This document shows, in pieces, positions 13,124-26,054 of a stretch of 64,000 nt of DNA. How positions within the stretch are numbered: the first letter of the stretch is position 1; each line of letters begins with the position of its first letter. The notes beneath the pieces were generated by a model that was given only the letters and a program-made list of their open reading frames with translations, had not been told where the DNA came from and searched no databases. The position numbers were made by a program, and so were the translations under genes. This stretch comes from Octopus sinensis. Its lineage: Eukaryota. The stretch is taken from contig NC_042999.1 of NCBI RefSeq assembly GCF_006345805.1, positions 17,546,001 through 17,610,000 of the forward strand. The letters run 5' to 3'.

Positions 13124-13727
13124 TTTAGGCCCCCTTACACCATCGGCTGTTGACGTCTGCACCTGTCAATATTTGGTGGACTAACTTGCTACTCCAGTCT
13201 CTGAAAGCTTGACGCGCCGGGAAGGATGCATTCAGCTTCCAGTATCCGGGTCTTTTCCTATGTAACCTATCTAGGTCAACCGTACAGATCACAAATTTGA
13301 GATCTGTGTAGTTGACGAATTCAATTTCTAGACAGCCTATGCTATTCCTATCAGCTGGCCTACAAAATACCCTATCTAGATAAGATGTGAATGTCCCGAC
13401 ACTGTTTTCCCAAGTCCACACTGGAATATTCAGGAAATCCAGTCTGAACCTGTCCGTCAAATGAAAACGACTGAGCAGGTTTGCGAGGCATGCGCACCCC
13501 ATTTTCCCATCCGCTAGCCCCACCCAATCCACACGTGCATCCAAAATTGCGTTCTGATCGACCACTAACACTAAAGAGCGAGATATCCCTAGATAGACTT
13601 CCAGGTGTTTGAAGAACTCTGGCTGTCCTGCTCCAAACGGTGCAAACACTGAGACTAGTCTAAAAGCACTGCCTTCCTTATCGTTCACGTCGAGAGCCAT
13701 GGACTTGCCTCTCGACTTACATTTCAA
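13124..13727 (-). pseudogene. L1/Tx1-type LINE fragment: C-terminal half of the apurinic endonuclease domain
   Basis: ORF 13125-13748(-) has RLVSVFAP, a degenerate GDFN (VDQN), TW..SYLDR.F, a degenerate SDH (YTDL) and PGYWKLNAS, which are typical L1/Tx1 EN motifs. Confidence 0.85.
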
Positions 13728-14479
13728 TCCCGAAAGGATGAAAGGCAAAGTCGACCTCGGGGGAATTTCGATTCATAACGTAAAGACGGACGAAATGCAG
13801 CTAGGCATTTTGTCCGGCGTGCCTACGGTTTTGCCTGCTCGCTGTCTTCTTCGCAGTAATAATAAAGTAACTATAAACGTACAACTGCTCTTATCCAAGA
13901 TTGGAACACTCAAGGTCAATGTTATCTTTGCATGCTTCCTCAATACATTTTCGAATATAAGTCAAAACCAATGAAGAAACACGAATAAAATTGCAACCGT
14001 GACATAAATATAAAACTTAATGAAGGATTTCTTTAACACAATGCGTAATGTTATGACTCCATTTGAGAAGAGACTCTAGATAAGGAGAAGAAATATTAAA
14101 TTATATATTGTGATGTAAGGGCGATTAAAGTGTTGCGATCTTTCATGTTTGATGTCAGTTAAATTGATAAATGTGAATTTCGATTTATTTCAGCAATAAT
14201 ATATTGCTTATCACTTTTTACACCAAATAAATTTTAAGATATTAAATTGTTAATGCATTCACATTAAGAGATTGATGAAAATATTCTTCCCGTCCAAATG
14301 TACGACAACTATCTTTAATTTGATTTTCAATATATCTGCCGATTCGTGGTTTTCTTTCTCTCTCTCTGTCCGTCTCCGTCTCTCGCTCTCTCTCTCTCTC
14401 CTTCTCTCTGTCTTACTTTCTTACTGTCTTACTTTCATTTTCCATCCCTGTCAGTTTATATTTCTGTCTTAGTATATAT

Positions 14480-14712
14480 GTTTCTTTATTGCCCACAAGG
14501 GGCTAAACACAGAGGGGACAAACAAGGATAGACAGACGGATTAAGTCGATTATATCGACCCCAGTGCGTAACTGGTACTTATTTAATCGACCCCGAAAGG
14601 ATGAAATACAAAGTCGACCTCGGCGGAATTTGAACTCAGAACGTAATGGCAGACGAAATACGGCTACGCATATCGCCCGGCGTGCTAACGATTCTGCCAG
14701 CTCGCTCGCCTT
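14480..14712 (-). mobile_element. Full SINE family A with a 19-bp TSD
   Basis: TTTCTGTCTTAGTATATAT at 14461-79 and 14711-29 flanks a nearly consensus copy. Confidence 0.92.
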
Positions 14713-15134
14713 TCTGTCTTAGTATATATTTATATATATACATGAGTATGTGTGTGACGTCATCGTGAGCACTGCATCATTTGCACTATGTGGAGAATAT
14801 GCCACGAACATTGCCCGAGTAACCTTAACATGAAATTCAGGAGTCATCCAAGGCTGGGGCCACGTGTATGAGACTCGACGAAGCAAGCTTCAATGATGAA
14901 CCTGCATACATCTACTTCTAGAGGTTTTGAAACACGACGTCGATGTTTTTCTCTCAAATGTATCCGAAATGTTCTTGTCTATGTTCTTCGGTTGCGGTAG
15001 AATGTCGGTAACACGTATAATGCTGATGATTTTAATCAAGTGCAGAGTACTTCGATTATTTATTCTAATTTACATTAATTTGTAAATTTTTCTTTCTCTT
15101 AATCTCGCATTAACATTAGTCATAAGGAAGAATA

Positions 15135-16225
15135 CGAGGGGCGTTCAATAAGTAATGCCCCTGACCCACTTCCCATAGCAGTAAAGCAACGAAACTTGGC
15201 ACAGTTATTAGTCTTTTTCTACATAGGAACCACCCAGAGTGACGCATTTCTCCCATCGTTTGATGCGGCTCTGGAGACCGTTTTTGTAGAAGAACCCAGC
15301 TTGGTCCTCTAACCTCAACGTGACTTCAGAAATCAAGACTGCATCATCTGGGAAACGCTTTCCCTTCAAAAACAACTTCATGATTGGGAAGAGGTGAAAA
15401 TCAGAGGGTGCAAGGTCAGGAAAATAGGGGGGATGGGGAGGAGTTCATAGCCATACGCCTGTGCTTCTGATCTGGCAACAAGCGAGTTGTGGACCGGAGC
15501 GTTTTCCTGCAGGAGGAGGATGCCTTTGCTGATTTTGCCCCGCCTCTTGATTTTGATAACTTCTCTTAATTTCCTCAAAAGTGAAGCATAATAGGCTCCT
15601 GCAATTGTGGTACCCTTTGCCAGGAAATCTGTCATCACTACTCCGTCCTGGTCCCAGAAGACTGTGAGCATGACCTTGCCAGCGGAGGGCTGTACCCTTG
15701 CCTTCTTTGGAGGGGGTGAGTCACGGTGCTTCCACTGCATTGACTGGGATTTGGTCTCTGGATCATCGTGATGGACACAGGTTTCATCCTGTGTAATCAG
15801 TCTTTTGAAAAATTTTGACTCATCTTCTTGGCACATCTCCAAATTCACCCTCGAGCACTCGACGCGTTCTTGCTTCTGGAAAGGCGTGAGCAACCTGGGA
15901 ATCAATCTGGCAGACACCTTTTGCATATGCAAATGGTCATGAATGATAGTTTCCACAGACCCGGTACTAATCTTGACCTCATGGGCTATTTGGCGAATAA
16001 TTATACGTCGATCTTCCAAAATGGCAGCCTCAACTTGACGGACAGATGCCTCATCAATGGCAGAAGGGGGCGACCAGATCTGGGAGCTGTTTCCACAGAG
16101 TTCCGACCAGGTTTGAATTCACGATGCCAGCGTTTTACAAGGTCATATGATGGGGCATCATCACCATAAGTTACTTTCATTTCATCAAAAGTCTCCCGTG
16201 GTGTGCGTCCTTTCAAATACAAAAA
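15135..16225 (-). pseudogene. mariner (D,D34D) transposase pseudogene with one TIR; 5' end truncated
   Basis: TIR TA-CGAGGGGCGTTCAATAAGT at 15133. Motifs ITQDETCVHH, SAGKVMLTVFWD, LLQENAPVH and a frameshifted PDLAPSDFHLF ...RWEKCV; HTH remnant in ORF 16001-16222; stop near 15208. Confidence 0.92.
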
Positions 16226-17023
16226 CCGGATATGTCTGATATATCTTGAAACTGATATATATATATATATGATGTCTGTTCTCCTTGGCTAACAGCCACA
16301 TTGTCTTTCGGTAAGTTGTCAAGGAATTCCACTGTTTATTAAAAGTTTCTGAGATATTCTTTGCATGGACAGGGCTGGGTGGTATATTTTACACATCTGC
16401 AATTGCAAAGATTCCTTTTTCTATGTTCTTGACCTGTAGAATTCTGACAAAATATTTTCGGCAGAGCAGTACTCGCTTTCACATTTGTGCCAAACGTGCT
16501 TGAAAACTTAGTTAGAATTGTTACAGGTTTTCGTGACGTAAATTTTGAATGTCGCATGTCATGTACAGCCGGTAGGCAGGGACAAATACTTATACACAAC
16601 TATAGTTTAAGAGCTAAGCTATGGTCGACTATTTAAACAAAATTGTTTACATGAGGAGAAGCCAAGTAACAAATCTTCTCAACAATCATAGAATTCTACG
16701 CTAGAGGCATCGCGTCCATTTCTAATGTATACAGATGCATAAAGTTCTACAAATCTATAATCACCCACAAGTACACGCGCAGACACATATATACGTACGC
16801 ACACAAACGTATGTATGTTAGTCACTTTGTAAGCGTTTCAATAAATATAGTGAATATACTATTCTATCAAGATACAGCGTACATCGTATCCCTTAGATAA
16901 TATCATCGTTATTATTTCTTCTTTGTTTAAGAAATAATTTCTTATCACAAGACGTATTTTGAAATCAACATAGCAAACGCCCAGATTGATATTTTTATCA
17001 GTAACAAAAGATCCGTGCGCATA

Positions 17024-17187
17024 GGCGCAGGAGTGGCTGTGTGGTAAGTAGCTTGCTAACCAACCACATGGTTCCGGGTTCAGTCCCACTGCATGGCATC
17101 TTGGGCAAGTGTCTTCTGCTATAGCCCCGGGCCGACCAATGCCTTGTGAGTGGATTTGGTAGACGGAACTGAAAGAAGCCTGTCGTA

Positions 17188-17261
<74 letters not shown>

Positions 17262-17472
17262 GTATGTATGTGTGTGTGTGTTTGTGTGTCTGTGTTTGTC
17301 ACCGATGCTGGTGTGTTTACGTTCCCGTCACTTAGCGGTTCGGCAAAAAAGACCGATAGAATAAGTACTGGGCTTACAAAGAATAAGTCCCGGGGTCGAT
17401 TTGCTCGACTAAAGGCGGTACTCCAGCATGCCCGCAGTTAAATGACTGAAACAAGTAAAAGAGTAAAGAGTA
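17024..17472 (+). mobile_element. tRNA-derived SINE family B (CORE-like) with internal (TA)n/(TG)n
   Basis: GGCGCAGGAGTGGCTGTGTGG (A-box), GGTTCAGTCCC (B-box), CTTGGGCAAGTGTCTT (CORE-like), microsatellite, 3' tail GAAACAAGTAAAAGAGTA. Confidence 0.9.
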
Positions 17473-18129
17473 CTATATGAAGCCTGCTGAATAAAATATC
17501 TATACACAACCATTTCCGTGTTCAACTGATTAATGTACATGGATGTGAGGATTTATCTATCAAAATTATCAATGTCACAAATTACATGTTTAACAAATAT
17601 GTAATTTATTTATAAGAACATTCCTTCCTTAATTTGTTTCTATAAAGCTTTTGCAAATACCATGCCCTTTTACCACACCTCTTCTCCACGTCATTACTAT
17701 TTTTCCTACTATGTTTTAACAATAGTTCAGTTTAATAATTATGATAGTCAACAAAATGATAGACGCATAAGCATCCCTATCGTGGAAGAAAATTTAAGAT
17801 GAATTTCATATTTCAAAATTCAATGAAGAGTTCTAGAAAGAAATACTACAGTCTCTGAATCCTTACAATTGATATTCAGTTACTTTGGAAAACGCTGAAA
17901 TAATTTGGCAAATTCTAAGACAGAAGACATTTGGTTTTAAGATAAGATTTGTTAGTGCCTTCATGATTAAACATTCCACTTGTACGAATAATAAAATACC
18001 AATATAACTGCCATACAATTATATCCATAATAATCTTTAATTTCTATACTCTATGTTAAAACCACATTAAAAAATATCCTTTTTTCGCATCACATCCACC
18101 AATTCAGGAATAATAACAAGTAGAAAAAG

Positions 18130-18260
18130 AAGCAGAAGAAGAAGACGCAGAAGCAGAAGCAGAAGCAGAAGAAGAAGAAAAATAAGAAGAAAAAGAAGAT
18201 GATGATGATGATGATGATCATGATGATCATGATGATCATGAAGTAGAAGAAGAGGAAGGA
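18130..18260. repeat. (GAA/GCAGAA/GAT)n purine-rich array
   Basis: Directly visible. Confidence 0.9.
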
Positions 18261-19016
18261 GACAAATGTTTTAAAGAGACTGGAAGAGAGTGTCTGGTAG
18301 AGGTTCTACAGAAATTTTGCCACTTAGGGACACAAAGGATTACCAGGTGGATTCTAATCTCTTGAAAGTCTATTGAAAAGCTTGTCTACATCTTAGATTA
18401 GAGCTAGGAACTTCTACCCGCACAAATCCTACTAAAAATAAACGCGAACCTGAGTTAAATCAATAATAATGATAATAAATGCCCTGACTCAGTACGAATA
18501 TTCCCCGCTGCAATACGGATAATGACCTTTTGTGGTTCCTGACCTTATCTGATTGGGGTTATCATGAGCATAGTTTATCTTAATATAAAAGATGAGCTAC
18601 AGCATTTATCCCGCTCAATATCACAGATCTGCTTGTTAGTTGTTTGACCATAAGCAGTTGGGCACGTCTCTTGGTAGCTGACGATATGTGCATTTCTGAT
18701 CACGAGCAGAATTAGTCGGTGGGGAATCATAACCATGTATAGAGAGGAGTTCTTTGGAAACAAGGGTGTTTTGTTCATCATCCTTAAACAAATCTTAATT
18801 AAGGACCTTTTCAGCAGGATGGGCTTTTCGACATTAATGATATTTCTAACTGGGCCCTACCTGCAAGGTCATTCACTGTTTACCTTGAAATGAGATCACT
18901 ATATCATGCACATATGGTTGTGATGCATGTACTTGGTGTACGCTTTAAGGACGGGTATGTTGGGCTTGTATATTCGTACCGAACGTGATTTTGATGGAAT
19001 GCATTGCTCTCTCATT

Positions 19017-19237
19017 CAATAACAACACCTCCATCACGATCATCATCACCGCCACCACTACCAACATCATCACCACCACCACCAACACCACCACCACCAC
19101 CACCAACAGCTACAACAACAACAACAACAACAACAACACCATCAGCAACGACAATAACAACAGCTACATTAACAACACAAAACAACAACAACAACAGCAA
19201 CAACAATAACAACAACAACAAAAACAACAACAACAAC

Positions 19238-19271
<34 letters not shown>

Positions 19272-19555
19272 TAATAATAATAATAATAATATGATTAATG
19301 ATAAATGACGTTGAAGATGACAATGAGCATGATGACGATGGTGGGGACAATAATGATGGTGATGAAGTGTCGAGGATATTCCACCCCATCATTCAAAATC
19401 ATTATCATCATTGTCATCATCATCATCATCATTGCATTTACCTGTATCATCATGCTGGTCGTCATCGTCACCTTCGTCATCATCAACATTTTTGCTGTCA
19501 CCGTCATCATCATCATCATCATCTTCGCCATCACTCTCATCATCACCGAGAAACA
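19017..19555. repeat. Compound CAC/CAA/AAT/GAT/CAT trinucleotide region
   Basis: Directly visible; source of the poly-N/T/H/D ORFs. Confidence 0.9.
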
Positions 19556-19946
19556 AACCGTCTTTAGTGTAGAGATCAATATCCCTTATAATGATGAACA
19601 ATAGAAACAAGAATATGTCCTGAAGCCATTAGAGGCGATACAGACTTCAAGTTTTACACACTTAATGATTTATATATCTGGTTAATCTCTGCCTTCTCTG
19701 GCGTCCTTCCATGTCACTCACATTACGTTCACTTACACTAATACATATTTTATGTGATGTGTATGTACCTTTACATCTAACAGGGACACACTGCACGCTA
19801 GCACAAACACAAGAGCGCGCACACATATGCGTATAAGGGTTCGCACATATATACCGTACATATATGAATCCAAAATGTAACTACACGTAGACTGTTGGCG
19901 ATTTCTTTTCCTTCTCCCTTTTGTTTTGGACTTTCGTATGTTTCGT

Positions 19947-19981
19947 GTTTCTGAAGAAGAACTTTGCTCGAAACGTATAAC
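19947..19981 (+). ncRNA. Minimal type I hammerhead ribozyme, slightly decayed
   Basis: GTTT-CTGAAGA-A-GAAC(ttt)GCTC-GAAA-CG-TA-TAAC, with one mismatch each in stems I and II. Confidence 0.6.
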
Positions 19982-20179
19982 AACCACTCGTTCTTTCCTT
20001 CTCTGAGCGTCTTGTTAATACTTCCCATGTACCACGTCCTGGCGATGCTTTTTTCTTGTCTGTTTATATACGTTTTTTTATGATCACACACACACACACA
20101 CACGCACACGCACACACACATATATAAATATATATACACACACACACATATATATATATAGATAGATAGATAGATACAC

Positions 20180-20362
20180 TTTACTCTCTCTTTAGTCTTA
20201 TACTTGTTTCAGTCATTCGACTGCGACCATGCTGGAGCACCGCCTTTAGTCGAGCAAATCCACCCCAGGACTTCTTCTTTGGAAACACAGTATTAATTCT
20301 ATCGGTTGGCAATTGATGTTGATGGAACAAACATATACACATTAACATATATACACACACAC

Positions 20363-20430
<68 letters not shown>

Positions 20431-20580
20431 TACGACGGCTTCTTTCAGTTTCCGTCTACCAAATCCATTCACAAGGCTTTGTTCGGCCAGAGGCTTTAGT
20501 AGAAGACACTTGCCCAAGGTGACACGCAGTGGGACTGAACCCGGAACCATGTGGTTGGTAAGCAAGCTATTTACCACACA
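20180..20580 (-). mobile_element. SINE family B with internal (TA)n
   Basis: Reverse complement of the 17024 element. Confidence 0.9.
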
Positions 20581-21958
20581 TTAGGTACTTAAGTGGAAAA
20601 ACCAAATCAGTCCGCTATCATCCGCAACGCTCGAACTAAGGTGAATAAAATGAAAATAAGTATCAGGATATCAGATAGTAATGCAGTAAGACCGTTTCAA
20701 GTGGCTCCATATAATTGAACAATGCAGTCATTACATCAATTTAAATGCAGTGCTATCTTCAGCTGCACAAAATATAGAATTTTCAAACAAGTAGTATATA
20801 TTAATATAATTTTTCTTAAATTTAACACCCTCAATTTGGTAGGTAAGCAGAGGCGACTAAATCGCTCTCCTCATCTCTTGGCTTCCAACTTAAATCCGCT
20901 CTCTTGCTCCATAATCAACAAGTAGTTCTTTCCGATGCCGCTTCCATCCTGTGCACAGTCACTATTCACTTCTTTCCTTTCATTTCAATGCCTATAAGCT
21001 TACTCCATACTGCGGAGCAGGGAACTCAAAGCAGGGACACTCAACTTGGAAAAGGCATTAATCTCATTTTCTTCGTCCTGCAATCCCGGAGAAGAATCTA
21101 GTACTGGACACACTTCAGTTAGTAGTTCTGATTGCACCGTTCTTCCCACCGGACGGTAAGCTAGATCAAGATAATTTTCTTTCTCTCTTCAGAGTGGAGA
21201 ACCATATCAAATCTTAGGCCGACTTAAATATCTCATAATTAGGATCAATTAATAAGCTATGTTTCCTTTTTGCTCTTCATATTGGCTCCCCTTCTTTCAC
21301 GAACTTAACTGCTCTTGTTTTTTTCCCCCTTAAGATGATGTTTCTTAAGCCTTTCCTGGTCCAGGGTGTGTGTGTGTATGTGTGTGTGTGTATATGTGCG
21401 CTTGTGTATCTGTGTGTGTGTGTCTGTCATAAGACACTTATACATAATACACTTATATACGTCCAATAAAATAATTCAACCATATTTTTAGACTTAACTG
21501 TGATTCAGCATTCCACAGCCACTGCTATAATTAAAAGTTACCTGTAAGTAGAATGATCGTGACACTACGTGCAAAGGTTATTGAATTATTGACGCACTCT
21601 AGCCATCGGGTCTCCAAAAATTTTCGTCCTTCGAGACCATTGAAAGAGACATCGGTCCAATATACCATGCATGAGACAGCTCTAGGCTTCAAGATTTTGA
21701 CGTGAATCTTACTAATCGTGTTGATGAGAGTATATTCTATATGTTTAATAACATTCATCTGTGTATTGTGAATATGAAAGAGCCCAGAGTAACAACAAAT
21801 GTAGACTAAATTTTCAATATATATAAATATATATTCATATATATGTATATAAATTTTAATTTGAAATAATAACGGTGAAAAATTGAATATTAATTTGATT
21901 AATATTAATTTAAAACCAGTGGCCTAGTATATTGAAAAATCTGAAGTTTCAGAATAAT

Positions 21959-22149
21959 TATATTACATACATATAAGCGAGATGACCACTAAGTTATGCT
22001 AGAAGTAGACCCCCTATGGTCTTACCACTAAGAAAGGATTGTTCTCAAGAAAATTTTCTGGAGAACAATCCTTTCTTAGTGATAAGACCATAGGGGGTCT
22101 ACTTCTAGCATATTGGATGTCCACTTAGTGGTCATCCCTCATATGTATG

Positions 22150-22156
<7 letters not shown>
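21959..22156. repeat. About 195-bp palindrome with no spacer
   Basis: Centre between 22053 and 22054 (AGAAAA|TTTTCT). The arms pair with few mismatches; the left arm lacks a 10-bp piece (GGACATCCAA). Confidence 0.92.
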
Positions 22157-22186
<30 letters not shown>

Positions 22187-22246
22187 ATATATATATATAT
22201 ATATATATAAGTATATACGAGAATGAAGCAACAAGAATGGATTAGT

Positions 22247-22337
22247 TTTTAGTACAATTGTTTCATACAAAGACAGGCTTTATTACAAGTTGCAAAAATT
22301 GCAGCAGATAAAAGTGTCCCGTACTCATCAGCTAAAA
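22247..22337 (-). ncRNA. Type I hammerhead ribozyme (mirror of 27469-27559)
   Basis: Minus strand: TTTTAG-CTGATGA-GTACGGGACA...TGTCTTTGTAT-GAAA-CAATTG-TA-CTAAAA. Confidence 0.85.
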
Positions 22338-22450
22338 TACATATGAGTTCTCCAAACATCTTAGTGGGTGAGGCTATACTCATGAAGTATTGGAGATAAT
22401 TTCCTTAAAGAAAGATTTAGGTTGCAAACAGATTTCCAAAGTTCCTTAAT

Positions 22451-22655
22451 GATGATGCACAGTCTTATCATAGGTTCTTAAAAGCTTATTAGCTTCACAC
22501 AGAAGGTGAATTAATCCGTAGTGTAGATTTAAATTTCCAGAGATATGAGGAGGATGATGCACAGACTTATCACAGGTTTTTAAAAGCTTATTAGCTTCAC
22601 AGAAAAGGTGAATTAATCCGTAGTGTAGATTTAAATTTCCAGAGATATGAGGAGG
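22451..22655 (-). repeat. 2 x ~102-bp tandem duplication (mirror of 27151-27355)
   Basis: Directly visible. Confidence 0.85.
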
Positions 22656-24897
22656 AATTTCATACTCACAGACGATGAATTTATCCATGGTTAATCCACA
22701 ATCATTTCATGCTATATGATAAGGTATTTGCCACATTACTGTTCTCCACGCAAAACTGCTATGTTATGACTTCTAAAAGCTGACGGCATTTTTTTATGGA
22801 GCAAAGAAAAGAAAAGAAAGGAAGAAGAAGAAAAGAGACAAGGAAAAAAGAAAAAGAAAAAGGAAAAGAAGAAGAAAAAAGGAAAAGAAAAGGAAAAAAA
22901 GAACAAAGAAAAAAGAAAAAAGAAAAACGGGGAAGAAAAGAAAAAGAAAAAGAAAAAAGGGAAAGAAGGGAGAAAAGAAAATACGCCTATATAGAGTATA
23001 CTGTGACAACTTAGAGGGAAGGGGGTTCTAAGGTGACCAACTACTGAAGAATTTGTAGACGGCCTGGTTAGCTTGAATCTGTAAGAATCCAGGAACTATG
23101 AGGAGAAAATTATTTTTGACCAGTAAAACAGCTATTTACTACCAACCTGACGTAGATGAAAGCAGATATGAATCTAAAGAGAATCTAAAGAGATAACAAG
23201 GTCAGGGGTAGAGGGGTCAAAAGCTATCGTCAAAAGGAAATACATTAAGAGAAAAAATCTAAGTGCAACCTTAACAAGAGGTCATTTAAATTTATTTATT
23301 TATTTATTCCTGTTACTGTCTTAAAATTGTTGCCGTTACTATCTATACATTGACAGACTACCGGTCAAAACTTAGAATTTAGTTAACAAGGTGTGATGGA
23401 ATTGTCTATTATATTGGAATTTCTCATACTACTTTCAAGGGAGTATCCTTACTTATTTAAATTTGTAATAGAATTGTGAAGCTTTAGTAACTTATTTTAT
23501 TAAAGTTGTATTACCTAAATTAGATTAAGTTCAAAATTAAAAATTAAGATTTAAGAATTAAATAAACCCTCATTTAAGCAACGTACGAGTACTATTTATT
23601 TCCTAATGCTCAAAATCAGGTGCAGTTATAAAGAAAACGATAACTATAGTGTGAGAACTCGCAGTTATCTACTTAAAAAGTAATGCTATACTAGTAAAAA
23701 CCCAGCTATATTTATCTATCTATCTTGTTACGATTATTCTATACAGTTATTCATTTAAAATATTTTAGAGTCTACAATTTAGCGTGGACACAAACTTGTC
23801 CTACTTCAATATGGTTATTTAACAAGCCTCTATTTTTTCTATGCCTTAGAATTTCATAGGTCTCCATGGAGTAGAGTTGGCAACCAACCCTGTTATTTTT
23901 ATACGGCATTGCTCTCCTAACTATTTCCGAATTAAGGTTATAATTCCTGTTATTATTTTTGAGTTCCCAGATCTTACTTGAAAGTGTGGTGGTACCAACT
24001 TTATGACGTAACTAAAAGATGAGACGTGATTTCTAACGCTTTTATTAAAATTTATCGTACAACCAATGTAAAAAAAATGTGTTATTCTCAGTAGATATGG
24101 TACATTTATAGATTACGTTATTTTCCCCGCATAGACCAGGTGCCGGGCATCTTGACTTAATTCTACACTTACACGCAGGAGAAACAACTTCAGAAGTTGG
24201 ATTATTCATGGGTAGATGTCTTATGTTCCTGTTATTTTGATTATCATGAGTATAATTATCTTTATTATTATTATTATTTATATAGTTGGTGCTGCTATCT
24301 AAAGCATTGTTATTATTTATTGATCCTTTTGCTCCATCATTTAGGTCTAAAGTCCTACCATGATTATTTACATTATTGGTAATGTTACTATTATTGTTAG
24401 TATTATTATCAAACTGTATATTGTTGCTATAGATATCACTGATATTTTCATTCTCTGTATCTTCTCTATTAGCCTTACTTCTATTATTAACATTATTACT
24501 TCTATTAGTATCGATATTATTATTACTCTTATTACTGTTAATATTATTATTGGTCATTCTGTGGTTACTGATTCCATCCATGTTTTGATAGTTACTATTG
24601 TTGCGTTTATTGTTGGTAGTATTGTTATAATTGTTATTGGTATTCATGTTGGTATTATTATTTTTATTTTCATCTTTCCTGGCTAGTTTAATGTTGTTAT
24701 TATTAATCTTAGCTATTAAAGTGGACATATTTGGGAGGGTTGAATAAGAAATCCTAACTGTTTTCTTAGAAATAATTCTATGATATCTAAGAGAGATTGG
24801 GAAATTTGTTTCTAGAATTACAGTTGAAAGGAATATTCAGCCATATATCTTTTTTATTAAATTTCCTTGAATTAGAATCATCTTAGAATTTGATGAG

Positions 24898-26054
24898 ATG
24901 AATACAAATAATTCTACGAACCCTGATTCTAATTCAAGGAAATTTAATAAAAAAGTTATAATATGGCTGAATATTCCTTTCAACTGTGCGATTCAATCGG
25001 ATAGACAGAGCAAATTCAAAGTAATTCTAGAAAAAAATTTCCCAATCTCTCATAGATATCATAGAATTATTTCTAAGAAAACAGTTAGGATTTCTTATTC
25101 AACCCTCCCAAATATGTCCACTTTAATAGCTAAGATTAATAATAACAACATTAAACTAGCCAGGAAAGATGAAAATAAAAATAATAATACCAACATGAAT
25201 ACCAATAACAATTATAACAATACTACCAACAATAAACGCAACAATAGTAACTATCAAAACATGGATGGAATCAGTAACCACAGAATGACTAATAATAATA
25301 TTAACAGTAATAAGAGTAATAATAATATCGATACTAATAGAAGTAATAATGTTAATAATAGAAGTAAGGCTAATAGAGAAAATACAGAGAATGAAAATAT
25401 CAGTGATATCTATAGCAACAATATACAGTTTGATAATAATACTAACAATAATAGTAACATTACCAATAATGTAAATAATCATGGTAGGACTTTAGACCTA
25501 AATGATGGAGCAAAAGGATCAATAAATAATAACAATGCTTTAGATAGCAGCACCAACTATATAAATAATAATAATAATAAAGATAATTATACTCATGATA
25601 ATCAAAATAACAGGAAAATAAGACATCTACCCATGAATAATCCAACTTCTGAAGTTGTTCCTCCTGCGTGTAAGTGTAGAATTAAGTCAAGATGCCCGGC
25701 ACCTGGTCTATGCGGGGAAAATAACGTAATCTATAAATGTACCATATCTACTGAGAATAATAAAAGAGTTAGAAATCACGTCTCATCTTTTAGTTACGTC
25801 ATAAAGTTGGTACCACCATACTTTCAAGTAAGATCTGGGAACTCAAAAATAATAACAGGAATTATAACCTTAATTGGGAAATAGTTAGGAGAGCAATACC
25901 GTATAAAAATAACAGGGTTGGTTGCCAACTCTACTCCATGGAGACCTATGAAATTCTAAGGCATAGAAAAAATAGAGGCTTGTTAAATAACCATATTGAA
26001 GTAGGACAAGTTTGTGTCCACGCTAAGTTGAAGACTCTAAAATATTTTAAATGA
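24898..26054 (+). pseudogene. PLE ORF C-terminus: linker + GIY-YIG endonuclease (frameshifted)
   Basis: IIWLNIPF..NFP..ISYSTLPNM; CKC..CP..G.C..NVIYKC; R.RNH; after a 1-nt shift LSSKIWELK..Y.LNWEI..A.PY..CQL..E..IL..LLN..E..C.H, with a stop at 26052-54. The YIG motif survives only in the left arm. Confidence 0.85.

Larger units (their letters stand above)
22217..24880 (-). mobile_element. PLE (Naiad-like) 3' half, left arm of the palindrome
   Basis: Reverse complement of 24924-27589; carries the same ORF remnant (23751-24880) and a terminal HHR. Confidence 0.9.

Noticed and set aside
16290-16620. Cys-rich minus-strand ORF (CNCRCVKYTTQPCPCK), possibly a transposase C-terminal CXC remnant
   Set aside because: Too short and diverged to assign; no TIR or catalytic motif seen.
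24045-26054. Possible A-to-G (ADAR-type) bias between the palindrome arms
   Set aside because: The roughly ten mismatches I read are mixed (A/C, A/T, C/T, A/G in both directions); no bias is evident. A full alignment would settle it.
25670-26054. Selenocysteine recoding (in-frame TGA at conserved Cys, SECIS) in the Naiad-like elements
   Set aside because: The readable Cys codons are TGT/TGC or have decayed to other codons, and I could not identify a convincing SECIS by eye.
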